Shown: positions 1 through 8,443 of the stretch, piece after piece
Numbering within the stretch: the first letter of the stretch is position 1
How the letters are laid out: every line of letters begins with the position of its first letter
Position numbers and translations under genes: made by a program
The notes under the pieces: model-generated
Told to the model about the DNA's origin: nothing
What the model saw: the letters and a program-made list of their open reading frames with translations, nothing else
The model's database searches: none
Assembly (NCBI GenBank): GCA_017466495.1
Contig: JAFTUB010000122.1
Location: forward strand, 1-39,345
Direction of reading: 5' to 3'
Source: Clostridia bacterium
Lineage (GTDB): Bacteria; Bacillota; Clostridia; Oscillospirales; CAG-272
Length of the DNA stretch: 39,345 nt

Positions 1-446
1 AGCTGTTGAACATGATCGCCGTGGCTGAGTCCACCCCCGGTCCCATTGCGGTGAATATGGCCACTTTTGTGGGGGCCAAGCAGGGAGGGGTTTTCGGCTC
101 GCTGTTGGCTACGCTGGGGGTGGTTTTGCCTTCCTTTGTGATCATTCTGCTGATCACGGCGGCGGTTCGGGGACTTCTCCGTTATCGGGGAGTGCAGGCC
201 TTTTTGGGGGGCGTCCGTCCCTGTGCCGTTGGCTTGATTTTTACCGCCGCGGTGACGCTGGCCTTGAGTGTTCTGCTTGGCTGGCAGGGTGTGGGGACAA
301 TTCCTGCCCCCGATTTGCGGGGATTGGTGATCCTCGCTGTTCTGGTGCTGGCGGGGGCTGTGGGCAAGAAGCTTCTGCGCAAAAAAATATCGCCTATATT
401 GATGATCCTCCTGTCCGCGGGGCTGGGGATAATTCTTTACGGATAA
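1..446 (+). CDS. Chromate transporter (CHR/ChrA family) protein, 5' end cut by window edge
   Basis: The frame is open from the window edge. The motif ESTPGPIAVNMATFVG and the hydrophobic multi-TM remainder are typical of CHR-family half-size transporters. TAA stop at 444-446. Confidence 0.8.
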   Translation, partial: LLNMIAVAESTPGPIAVNMATFVGAKQGGVFGSLLATLGVVLPSFVIILLITAAVRGLLRYRGVQAFLGGVRPCAVGLIFTAAVTLALSVLLGWQGVGTIPAPDLRGLVILAVLVLAGAVGKKLLRKKISPILMILLSAGLGIILYG

Positions 447-448
447 CC

Positions 449-498
449 AAAAGCCGGGAGGGCAGTCATGATGATGCATGACTGCCCTCCCGGCTTTT
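449..498. terminator. Bidirectional intrinsic terminator hairpin between convergent genes
   Basis: About 22-bp perfect inverted repeat aaaagccgggagggcagtcatg / catgactgccctcccggctttt around a 6-nt loop, with an A-run before and a T-run after. Confidence 0.75.
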
Positions 499-1942
499 AT
501 TCGGGGGAGATGCGGTAATCTTCCCCCATGCGGTATACCGTGGCTTCCTTTGGGGAGAGCATGGGGGGCAGATCCTTGAGGTGAGACACCAGGATCCAGC
601 GAATGCCGCAGGCACTGAAGTGCCGCAGAATGGGACAGAGCCCTTCGGCTCCCTCGGCATAGGCGGTGCTTTGGAAAGTTTCGTTGAGAAAGACCATGGC
701 CCCCGTGTCCAGTCCCTCCACCATACCGGCAAGCTCCCGCACCGCCGGCTCGAAACGGCCTGCGGCGTTATCCCCCGGTGCTTCGCTGTGGGAAAATTGC
801 AGAGCCGGGACGGTGCAGGGGTTGAGGTTGGCGCGGGTGCAGGGAACGGGAAGTCCCGCCTGTCCCAGGAGCTGCAGCGTGGCAAGCGAGCGCAGAAAAA
901 CGGTCTTCCCGCTGCCGTTCTCGCCCAACACCAGCAGACCTCCTTCGGCGGGAAGGCTGACGGTGTGGGGAACTACCCGGCGGCCGGTGGGGAATTCGGT
1001 CAGGAGCAGAAGGTCATACAGCCCCTCGGCGGCGGTGGGGGTTTGGGGCGTGATTTCGGGAAAGCAGAGGGGGACGTCCTTCTCCCGGAGTGCCGCGGCG
1101 TAGGTGAGGGCGGCGATGTAAAAGCGCAGTTCCCGGGCGAGGGGAACGAGGGCTTGCAGAAGCTCCCGGGCGACGGAGGAAAAGTGTGCTGCAAGGGTGG
1201 TGAAGGCCGAGGCGGTGAAGCTGTCATAGCCCTCTCGATCCTGCGGTGACACGGGGATGCCGGGACGGGATTGGGATTTTGTGCGAAGGGGGAAGCCCCT
1301 CTTTTTTTGTGTTTCTTCGGGGAGATGGCGGCGGTCGGTGAGGCAATATTCGACCATACGGCCGTCGGGGTTCAGGGTGAAGCGGTAGGCCAGCAGCTCC
1401 CTTTCGCTGATTTCGGAGTATTTGCGACAGAGCTGCAGGAGACGGGCATGGGCGGGGTTTTCGGCTATGGCGCGGCAGATGTCCCGCAGACTGATCAAGC
1501 CCTCAGCGGTCAGGGAATATTGATCCAGCAGATGGGCAAGATCGGCCACCGAGAGCAGGGTGCGCTGACAGCAGATTGCCTGGGTTTGGAGGAGATTTTT
1601 GGCGCTGGTGACGGTGGTGGTGCGGGATGCGCCGACGCCCCGCGCCTCCCGCTCGGCATCTTTTTGCGCGGTCTGCAGAGCGGGAAAGCGGGAAAAGCAG
1701 GTACTTAGCGCTTCTGCCAGCGCGGGGGCGCGGAGGAGCTCGGCCATGATCTGCTGGCGGTAGGTGATCTCAGCCGGGGCGGCGGTGATGTGGGTGATCA
1801 CCGCAAAAAGTGTCTCGCGGCTCGCCCTATCGGGGCAGAGGCAAGCAAGACTGCGGTCAAGGGAGAGGTGATAGAGCAGGTCGGGCTTGACCGGGATGGC
1901 GGGAGAGGGCTTCTCCCCGGGGTGGAGCAGACTAATATGCAT
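497..1942 (-). CDS. MutS domain V-only ATPase (MutS-related protein, paralog B)
   Basis: Walker A GENGSGKT, Walker-B-like FLNETF, and SHL near the C-terminus. No mismatch-binding FYE motif. Start moved to the ATG at 1942 (MHISLL), which follows AAAGGAGGGG. It overlaps the upstream TAG stop by 11 nt. Confidence 0.8.
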   Translation of the reverse strand: MHISLLHPGEKPSPAIPVKPDLLYHLSLDRSLACLCPDRASRETLFAVITHITAAPAEITYRQQIMAELLRAPALAEALSTCFSRFPALQTAQKDAEREARGVGASRTTTVTSAKNLLQTQAICCQRTLLSVADLAHLLDQYSLTAEGLISLRDICRAIAENPAHARLLQLCRKYSEISERELLAYRFTLNPDGRMVEYCLTDRRHLPEETQKKRGFPLRTKSQSRPGIPVSPQDREGYDSFTASAFTTLAAHFSSVARELLQALVPLARELRFYIAALTYAAALREKDVPLCFPEITPQTPTAAEGLYDLLLLTEFPTGRRVVPHTVSLPAEGGLLVLGENGSGKTVFLRSLATLQLLGQAGLPVPCTRANLNPCTVPALQFSHSEAPGDNAAGRFEPAVRELAGMVEGLDTGAMVFLNETFQSTAYAEGAEGLCPILRHFSACGIRWILVSHLKDLPPMLSPKEATVYRMGEDYRISPE

Positions 1943-3374
1943 GGGTTCCCCTCCTTTTCTCCAGGGAATCGGCATCCAGCCCGTGGCGGCGGAGAATGTC
2001 GGCTGCGTGGGAGGCGGCTGCCCCGCGGAATCTTTCGATGCGGAAGGTGCGGCAGTTGCCCTCGGTGATCCGGGCGGTGAGGATGGGATAAGATGTGTCG
2101 GTGACGTGGTGAAAGTGGGTGACGAAAAGGCCGAAATGTCCCGCCGCAGTCAGATCGGCGGCAAGGCGCTTAAGGTGGGCAAAGCCGATTTCTCCGTCGG
2201 CACCGCTGAAGGTTTCATTGAAGAGCAGGAAGGCGGTCATCCCGCCGCATTCCGCCAGCATGGTGTCGGTTCGGCGGGCCTCGTCCTCCAGCCGTCCGGT
2301 GCCGGTGAAGCGTTCATCAGCGGGAAAGTGGGCATCCATGCGGGGGAAGGGATAGATGCGTGCGGAGCGGGCGAAGATGGGGCACCCCGCACCGAAGAGG
2401 AGAAGGTTGATGCCCATGGCTCGGAGATAGGTGGTCTTTCCCCCGCCGTTGGCACCGATGAGGAAGAAAAATGGCTCTTTTTCGGTGAAACGGGCATCAT
2501 TGGGGACGATGGGGTGGTCATCGGCGAGAAGGGAGATGTCAAAGAGAGCATCGGCGCGGTATTCGGGCTTGGGGGCGATGGCGGGGAGAGTATGGGGAAT
2601 GCCCTTCGCTTCTGCCCGCGCCGTAAGGGCGTGAATCTCAAGGAAGAATTTCAGCGCGGGGATGCAGCCGGCGGGGGCGAGAAAATCGGTGCTTGCCTGC
2701 CGTGCGAGGATTTCCTCAATTTCGGCAGTCGCTTCGGGGCAAAGGGCGAGGATGGCCTCCGAGAGGGAAGGGGGCAGGGGGACTGCGGCGGGATGGAGGT
2801 TTGGGGGTGTCAGGCCCAAGACGGTGATGCAGGCGGTGAGCTCCTCTTCTTCGCTGATTGCACCGTCATCGGGGAAAAGGCGGTACCCACCTCCCGCCGC
2901 CAACAGGCCCCGGCGCAGGGGGAGAAGGAGCTCTTCAAGGCGGCGCAGGTCTTCGCGGAGGGTATTGAGGGCTTGCTCGGTTTCGGGATGGACAAAATAG
3001 GTCGATGTTTCGGCAAACAATTCGCCCCACGTCCCGGTGCGGGCGAGAAGCTCGCAGGCGTTCAGGTAAGCAGACAGCCGCCGGGCGTGAAGGCAATACA
3101 GGGTGAGGGTCGGAGCGGAGGCGTTGAGCCGCAGGCAGGCGGATTCCAGCGCTTCCAGGGCGGAGAGACATTCGGTCATCGCCCGACAGACGGTTTGCAC
3201 TTCCATACAGGCAAAGACCTGCTGGCGGCGGCGGATTTCGTCCTCGCCGCAGGGACGGCAGAGCAGGGAGAGGGCGTTTTCGCTCAGAAGGCCATCCAGG
3301 CGAAGGTCGGAGAGCAGGCGGCGGGGAAGCGGGGGAGAAGGCGTGGGGGTAAACAGCTGCGGAAACGTCATCAT
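1932..3374 (-). CDS. MutS domain V-only ATPase (MutS-related protein, paralog A)
   Basis: Walker A GANGGGKT, LLFNETFSG, and VTHFHHV. Start chosen at ATGATG 3374 (MMTFPQLF), which forms an ATGA overlap with the stop of the upstream gene. The longer ORF-track N-terminus is Pro/Gly-rich junk. Confidence 0.8.
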   Translation of the reverse strand: MMTFPQLFTPTPSPPLPRRLLSDLRLDGLLSENALSLLCRPCGEDEIRRRQQVFACMEVQTVCRAMTECLSALEALESACLRLNASAPTLTLYCLHARRLSAYLNACELLARTGTWGELFAETSTYFVHPETEQALNTLREDLRRLEELLLPLRRGLLAAGGGYRLFPDDGAISEEEELTACITVLGLTPPNLHPAAVPLPPSLSEAILALCPEATAEIEEILARQASTDFLAPAGCIPALKFFLEIHALTARAEAKGIPHTLPAIAPKPEYRADALFDISLLADDHPIVPNDARFTEKEPFFFLIGANGGGKTTYLRAMGINLLLFGAGCPIFARSARIYPFPRMDAHFPADERFTGTGRLEDEARRTDTMLAECGGMTAFLLFNETFSGADGEIGFAHLKRLAADLTAAGHFGLFVTHFHHVTDTSYPILTARITEGNCRTFRIERFRGAAASHAADILRRHGLDADSLEKRRGTHAY

Positions 3375-3928
3375 ATGGCGGCCTCCAGTCTTCCCAACAG
3401 TCGGGACAGGGACTGGATTTCCATGCCGCACACCACATCCCCCGCCCCCAGGATTTCTTCGGCTCCGTTGGATGCACGGCGGCGGATATCCACGGGGATG
3501 GGGTGGATGAGCAGGATGTGATGGGGCGTTTTGGACGCCCATTCGTCCCGGTCGTGCAGGCGGAAGCGGTAGGCGGGGAGGGGATGCGGTTTGCCGTCAA
3601 AATGGAAGCTGACCAGGCCCATGAGGGTGAGGAAACTGCGGAAACTGTAGGTGTCCCGGTGGGTGAAAATCAGGGTGCGGCGGCGGTGGGGGACACCGAA
3701 AAATTTGATGGCAAAGATCTCCCCCGGGGTTTCGATATAGCAGTCACAGTACTTTCCCCGACGGTGGCCGAAAAACCAGAGCCGGTGGGTGGGGTGAAGA
3801 AGAAAGCCCTTCTCCCGGCAAAAACGGGTGAGCCTGCGGGCACAGAGCAGCCGTTTAATCAAACAGCGAAGTGTGGGAAAGAGGAGGATGGCAAGAAGGA
3901 TGAGCAGCAGAAACAGACCGAAGGTCAT
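3371..3928 (-). CDS. Small membrane-anchored protein of unknown function (one N-terminal TM helix, basic cytoplasmic domain)
   Basis: ATG at 3928 (MTFGLFLLLILLAILLF) is preceded by GAAAGGAG. It is the first gene of a three-gene overlapping operon. I recognise no family with confidence. Confidence 0.6.
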   Translation of the reverse strand: MTFGLFLLLILLAILLFPTLRCLIKRLLCARRLTRFCREKGFLLHPTHRLWFFGHRRGKYCDCYIETPGEIFAIKFFGVPHRRRTLIFTHRDTYSFRSFLTLMGLVSFHFDGKPHPLPAYRFRLHDRDEWASKTPHHILLIHPIPVDIRRRASNGAEEILGAGDVVCGMEIQSLSRLLGRLEAAI

Positions 3929-4086
3929 GGCAGGCTCCTTTCGTGGGGATGTTGAGGCCATTATAGCATTCGCAAAAAACGCTGTCAAGGTGAGGAAACT
4001 GCGGGGATAGCCATTCTCCGAATTTGCGAAAATTGGGGTAGGCGAAATACCCAAAGAAGGAGGGACATTTTTGTGAAAAATGTGAA

Positions 4087-4115
4087 TTGCGAAATTTTGC
4101 CGCCTGCGGTATAAT
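4087..4115 (+). promoter_or_regulatory. Sigma-70-type promoter for the oxidoreductase/GAF operon
   Basis: TTGCGA (4087-4092), 17-nt spacer, TATAAT (4110-4115), about 38 nt upstream of the ATG at 4153. Confidence 0.6.
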
Positions 4116-4152
4116 GGAATTAACCATAATCCCACAGGAGGACGACAGCATA

Positions 4153-5469
4153 ATGGAAAAGAAATTGAAGATCGGTGTATTCGGCGGCGGACGGGGCAGA
4201 AGCCTGGTGCGTACCCTTTGGAATCACCCCCGGGCTGAACTGGTTGCGGTTTGCGAGGCATCCCCTGCTATGACCGAAAAGGTGAAGGCTGCGGCAGAAG
4301 AATACAATGGCAATATGCCCGCCTTCTATACGGATTTTGAAGAGTTTTTGAAGCATGACATGGATGCGGTTATCCTGGCGAACTACGCCCATGAGCACGC
4401 AACCTATGCCATTCGCTGCATGGAGGCGGGGCTCCATGTGCTGTCCGAGGTGCTGCCCATGGCCACCATCGGCCAGGGGGTTGCGCTGATCGAGGCGGTG
4501 GAACGGACGGGAATGGTTTACGCCTACGCCGAAAACTACTGCTACATGGCTAACTCCTTTGAGATGTGGCGGCGCATCCGTGCGGGTGAGCTGGGCAAGA
4601 TCACCTATGCCGAGGGCGAGTATGTGCATGACTGCACCAAGAATCTGCCCTCCATTTCCCGCGGCCGCCGTGATCACTGGCGTCTGCAGTCCCCCAGCGC
4701 ATTCTACTGCACCCACAGCGTAGGGCCCATGCTGGCCGCCATCGGCGAGCGCCCCGTGCGGGTTGTGGGTTTTGAGCTGCCCAACGACGGCCGCGGCGGT
4801 GAGCTGCCCTGTTTCCGCGGCAACGGTGCCATTGAGATGATCACTCTGGAGAGCGGCGCAGTCTGCCGCAGTCTCCACGGCTGGCTCCGTCGTCAGGGCG
4901 CGAACAACTACAACTATATGTTCTACGGCGAGAAGGGCATGATCGAGAACTCCCGCTTTGAGGACCGCTCCAACATCAGCTTCTACCGCGAGGGTGATGC
5001 TTATTGCAGCGGTGAGTGGGAAAAGTATGTATCCGAGCCCTTCATCGAGACCGATCTCTCCAGCGACACGGTACAGGGTACTGCCCACGGCGGCAGTGAC
5101 TACTATGCGCTGTATTTCTTCTTTGAGCGGATTCTCGGCAACAAGGAAGCCGAGGCCTGGAGCATTGATGTGTACCAGGCGGTGGAGATGGGTATGTGCG
5201 GTCTGCTGGCACACCGCTCCATCCTCAATGGCAATGCACCCCAGGAGATTCCCAATCTGCGGGATCCCGCCCAGCGTGATGCATGGCGCAACGACCACGA
5301 GACCACCTTCCCCGATGTGGAGGGGGGCCAGCTGGTGCCCATCACTTCCTTTGATTTCCCGAAGAAGCCCGATGAGGAGTTCTACGATCATCTGAAACGC
5401 CTCAACGCGGCCGGATTGCCCCTGACCTGCTATCCGCCCAGCTACGAGAAGCCCGAGCCGAAAGAATGA
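4153..5469 (+). CDS. Gfo/Idh/MocA family oxidoreductase
   Basis: N-terminal Rossmann motif KIGVFGGGRGRS. Start at 4153 (MEKKLKIG) follows AGGAGG. The length and C-terminal alpha/beta domain are typical of the family. Confidence 0.85.
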   Translation: MEKKLKIGVFGGGRGRSLVRTLWNHPRAELVAVCEASPAMTEKVKAAAEEYNGNMPAFYTDFEEFLKHDMDAVILANYAHEHATYAIRCMEAGLHVLSEVLPMATIGQGVALIEAVERTGMVYAYAENYCYMANSFEMWRRIRAGELGKITYAEGEYVHDCTKNLPSISRGRRDHWRLQSPSAFYCTHSVGPMLAAIGERPVRVVGFELPNDGRGGELPCFRGNGAIEMITLESGAVCRSLHGWLRRQGANNYNYMFYGEKGMIENSRFEDRSNISFYREGDAYCSGEWEKYVSEPFIETDLSSDTVQGTAHGGSDYYALYFFFERILGNKEAEAWSIDVYQAVEMGMCGLLAHRSILNGNAPQEIPNLRDPAQRDAWRNDHETTFPDVEGGQLVPITSFDFPKKPDEEFYDHLKRLNAAGLPLTCYPPSYEKPEPKE

Positions 5470-5915
5470 TTGACTACGGTGCGCTGATCGAACAGCTTTC
5501 GGCTCTGACCGAAGGCGTTCCCCATCCTGTGGCCAATCTGGCCAACGCCGCGGCCCTGCTGTGGCAGTCGCTTAAGAACATCAACTGGGCAGGATTCTAT
5601 CTGCTGGAGGGGGAGGTGCTGGTACTGGGCCCCTTCCAGGGCAAGCCGGCCTGCATCGAGATTCCCATGGGGCGCGGGGTGTGCGGCACCGCCGCGGCCC
5701 GGGACTGCACCCTGGTGGTGCCGGATGTACACGCCTTCCCGGGGCACATTGCCTGTGACGATGCCTCGGCCGCCGAGATCGTGATCCCCCTGCGGCGGGA
5801 CGGGCGCGTGGTGGGGGTGCTGGACATTGACAGCCCTCTGCGCGGCCGCTTCACCGAGGAGGATCGGGTAGGGCTGGAGGCCTTCGCCGCCTGTCTTGAG
5901 CGGGCGATGAAATGA
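5466..5915 (+). CDS. GAF domain protein (free methionine-R-sulfoxide reductase / YebR-like)
   Basis: NWAGFYLL...LVLGPFQGKPACIEIPMGRGVCGTAA...VVPDVHAFPGHIACD...SEIVIPL pattern. ATGA overlap with the upstream gene. Confidence 0.85.
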   Translation: MIDYGALIEQLSALTEGVPHPVANLANAAALLWQSLKNINWAGFYLLEGEVLVLGPFQGKPACIEIPMGRGVCGTAAARDCTLVVPDVHAFPGHIACDDASAAEIVIPLRRDGRVVGVLDIDSPLRGRFTEEDRVGLEAFAACLERAMK

Positions 5916-5942
5916 AAAATGGTATATATGGAGAGATAGAGC

Positions 5943-6422
5943 ATGATTCGTTTGGAAAAAATTGACGCGGAAAACGTATGGGACATCCTGGAGCTCAATG
6001 TGGCGGAGTCGCAGAAGAAGTATGTTGCGCCTAACAGCGATAGCATCATTGAGGCGTACACCACCCTCGGAACCGAATGCGCCGCATTCCCCTTCGGCGT
6101 GTTCGATGACGATAAGCCGGTTGGCTTTGTGATGGTGGGGTACAATCTTGCCGCGCTGTATGAAGCGCTTGATGTCACCGAAAACAACTATCTCATCTGG
6201 CGTCTGATGATCGATCAGAAGTATCAGAAGCACGGGTACGGCAGAGAGGCCGCCCGACTCGCCCTGGATTTCATCAAGACCTGGCCCTGCGGGAAAGCTG
6301 AATACTGCATTACCTCCTACCATGAGGAGAACGAGGCAGGCAAAAAGATGTACCGCTCTCTCGGCTTTGCGGAGACCGGCGAGATCCTGGAAGGCGAGTA
6401 TGTGATGACCTTGAAGCTGTAA
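5943..6422 (+). CDS. GNAT family N-acetyltransferase (diamine/spermidine acetyltransferase-like)
   Basis: GNAT core LMIDQKYQKHGYGREAARLALDFI. GGAGAG ribosome-binding site upstream of the ATG. Confidence 0.8.
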   Translation: MIRLEKIDAENVWDILELNVAESQKKYVAPNSDSIIEAYTTLGTECAAFPFGVFDDDKPVGFVMVGYNLAALYEALDVTENNYLIWRLMIDQKYQKHGYGREAARLALDFIKTWPCGKAEYCITSYHEENEAGKKMYRSLGFAETGEILEGEYVMTLKL

Positions 6423-6538
6423 GCGGGACCTGAATGCTCTATGGATCAAACCAACATGCTCCGGCAGATGACAGCATTTGCCGGAGCGTGTTTTTGCTTG
6501 GTAAATGACCAAAAATTTGACCGGGGAAATTAAACGGA

Positions 6539-6874
6539 ATGAAAAAACGATTCGTTATCAACATGATTATTGTCGCTGCGTTTTTCCTCTTGGAGCCGTT
6601 ATTGGAATTTTGTGGGGATTGGGCGAATACATACAATCTTGGTGCGGAGCTGGTTTTAGGTATGTTTGTGCCGTTTCTTTTTGCTTCGCTTGTCATTGCG
6701 GCGTTGGGATCTGCCTTATGTTCCATTGCAGGAAGTTGTCGAAGTAAGGACATAAAACAAATTCTTCCGATTCTTGTTTTGGTGATTGGCGTGATTGTTT
6801 ATATTTGGACTTCGGATTCCGACAGCTTTTGGATCAGAATTGTCGATTTTTACACCGATGTTGAAAACTGGTGA
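6539..6874 (+). CDS. Small hypothetical membrane protein (about 3 TM segments) in an AT-rich patch
   Basis: Hydrophobic segments in MKKRFVINMIIVAAFFLL..., weak ribosome-binding site, and local GC clearly lower than the flanks. An alternative overlapping ORF at 6505..6747 is less protein-like. Confidence 0.45.
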   Translation: MKKRFVINMIIVAAFFLLEPLLEFCGDWANTYNLGAELVLGMFVPFLFASLVIAALGSALCSIAGSCRSKDIKQILPILVLVIGVIVYIWTSDSDSFWIRIVDFYTDVENW

Positions 6875-6926
6875 GAGGAAAAAGTGAACAGGAATTAACA
6901 GTTTGGTTCCTATTTACCAAACAAAA

Positions 6927-6962
6927 GAAGCCCCGGCAGATGGTATCATCTGTCGGGGCTTC
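6927..6962. terminator. Bidirectional terminator hairpin
   Basis: gaagccccggcagat / atctgtcggggcttc stem (one G-T pair) with a 5-6 nt loop and T-rich runs on both strands, between convergent genes. Confidence 0.7.
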
Positions 6963-6965
6963 TGT

Positions 6966-8270
6966 TTATGTGGTGGGCGCGGGTTCTTCCGCGGGAGTCT
7001 TCTTTCTGCGGTGCTTTGCCCGGTGATAGGCGTAGATCTCCTCGGCGGCGATGCGGGTGCGGGCCACCACGTCCTTCTGCTTGGGGAAGCAGTAGTAGAG
7101 GCAGTCTTTGTTGCCGATGCAGATCACGTCCCCAAGCTCATACCAGAAGTAGTCGGAGTAGACGCTGTGGGCGGCGAGAGGGCCGTGATGGTATTCCAGC
7201 TGGCCGTCGCAGCCCGTGAGGGTGAAGCCCTCCCGGTTGTGGATCAGTCTGCCTTCCCCCACCATATAGATGGCGCGGTAATTCACCATCATGCCGATCT
7301 CCACCTCGGTGTCAAGGATGTAGCGGTCCTCGGCCACGGCGGCGGCAATCTGCTCCCGCTGCCAGGCGTACCAGTCGGGGATGTGGGTAAAGGTTTCCTC
7401 CCCATCCTCGGCCTTGAGCCGGCCCAGGGGAGTGAGCTCATGGACCTTACCGCAATGCCGGCAGGTGAGGTGGATGCCGCTGCCCTCCATCTCTCCCTCG
7501 GTGCCGCAGGAGGCACATTGGTAGAGGATGCGGTTGAGGCCGTCGGCACGGAATTTTTCGTTGATCTCGATGCCCTTCTCCCGCTGCCAGGCGAAATGGT
7601 CAAAGGTGAAGACCTCCTTCAGCATTGCATCCAGCTCGTCCACCGATCGCTCTGCGATTTCCTCGGGGGTGAGCAGGCACTGTACATGGGCGCTCACCGG
7701 AACCTTGCGCTTCTGCAGGTTGTTGTAGAGGGGATCATGGGAGAAGGCACCCTCGGTGCGGATGGTGACCACCGGCACCTTCAGCTGTTTGAGCAGGAGG
7801 CCGAACTTCTGGGGCAGGGGGGTGGCACAGCCGTTGAAGCTGTAGCTGGCCTCGGGGAAGAGCAGGATGTTGGATTTCCGGCAGAAGAGGGCATGGCGCA
7901 TATCCTTCAGCAGAGAAATATCGGTGACGAATTTCTGGGTGGGGATGCAGCCGAGAAAATGCATGAGGTTAGGCTTGCCCACAAAGCCGTCTGAGGTGCA
8001 GACAATGCTCAGGGGACGGGGATAGAAAATGCGGAAGGCGATTTTCAGGTCAATGAAGCTGGAGTGGTTCATCAGGATGAGGCAGGGGGATTTCCCTACG
8101 GCATCCATCCGTTCTTCGGTATAACGGAATTTCGTCTGCATCAGCTCCGGGATGGAGAGAAGACGGATCAGGGAGGCCAGGAGCAGGCTGGGATGTATGG
8201 GCTTGCGGTGGGCAGGTCGGGGCAGAGCCATGACCTCTGCATAGGAGAGCCGCTTGGTTTTGATCTTCAT
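6966..8270 (-). CDS. PlsC-type (lysophospholipid/glycerol-phosphate) acyltransferase with internal Cys4 zinc-ribbon
   Basis: HX4D acyltransferase motif NHSSFID near the N-terminus. CASCG...CRHCG zinc ribbon mid-protein. 434 aa. Confidence 0.8.
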   Translation of the reverse strand: MKIKTKRLSYAEVMALPRPAHRKPIHPSLLLASLIRLLSIPELMQTKFRYTEERMDAVGKSPCLILMNHSSFIDLKIAFRIFYPRPLSIVCTSDGFVGKPNLMHFLGCIPTQKFVTDISLLKDMRHALFCRKSNILLFPEASYSFNGCATPLPQKFGLLLKQLKVPVVTIRTEGAFSHDPLYNNLQKRKVPVSAHVQCLLTPEEIAERSVDELDAMLKEVFTFDHFAWQREKGIEINEKFRADGLNRILYQCASCGTEGEMEGSGIHLTCRHCGKVHELTPLGRLKAEDGEETFTHIPDWYAWQREQIAAAVAEDRYILDTEVEIGMMVNYRAIYMVGEGRLIHNREGFTLTGCDGQLEYHHGPLAAHSVYSDYFWYELGDVICIGNKDCLYYCFPKQKDVVARTRIAAEEIYAYHRAKHRRKKTPAEEPAPTT

Positions 8271-8378
8271 GTGAAGCCGCCTTTCTGCCCGAACTGCGGT
8301 TCGGACGGGTATATTGTACTATAATTCTGTCGAAAAAGCAAGAGTGGGAGGAAATATCCGTATTTTTACGGGAAATGC

Positions 8379-8407
8379 TTGATTTTTGCGGCAGAGTGGA
8401 GTATAAT
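8379..8407 (+). promoter_or_regulatory. Promoter of the LysR-family gene
   Basis: TTGATT (8379-8384), 17 nt, TATAAT (8402-8407). Confidence 0.6.
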
Positions 8408-8412
8408 GATGT

Positions 8413-8427
8413 ATGAATATTTTTCAT
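8413..8427. promoter_or_regulatory. Candidate LysR-type T-N11-A operator
   Basis: The palindrome ATGAATATTTTTCAT contains T-N11-A. It lies just downstream of the -10 in the divergent intergenic region. Confidence 0.4.
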
Positions 8428-8443
8428 CCTTTGAGGTGTATCT

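Noticed and set aside
1887-3521. 544-aa plus-strand ORF, together with many other long ORFs antisense to called genes. Examples: 4120..5391, 5442..6512, 6903..7994, 8450..9436, 10095..11567, 11497..12696, 12823..13527, 15084..17147, 16913..19249, 20971..21789, 23461..24384, 27470..28897, 28929..29744, 31876..33591, 34401..35405, 35534..36754, 36736..37563, 37701..38858.
   Set aside because: These are shadow ORFs typical of high-GC DNA. Their translations are Gly/Arg/Pro/Ala-rich low-complexity strings without motifs or ribosome-binding sites. In every case the opposite strand encodes a protein with clear family signatures.
3929-4261. 111-codon N-terminal extension of the small membrane protein ORF (3371..4261).
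   Set aside because: The extension is Pro/Arg-rich and overlaps the divergent promoter region. A strong ribosome-binding site (AAGGAG) precedes the internal ATG at 3928, which starts directly with the TM helix.
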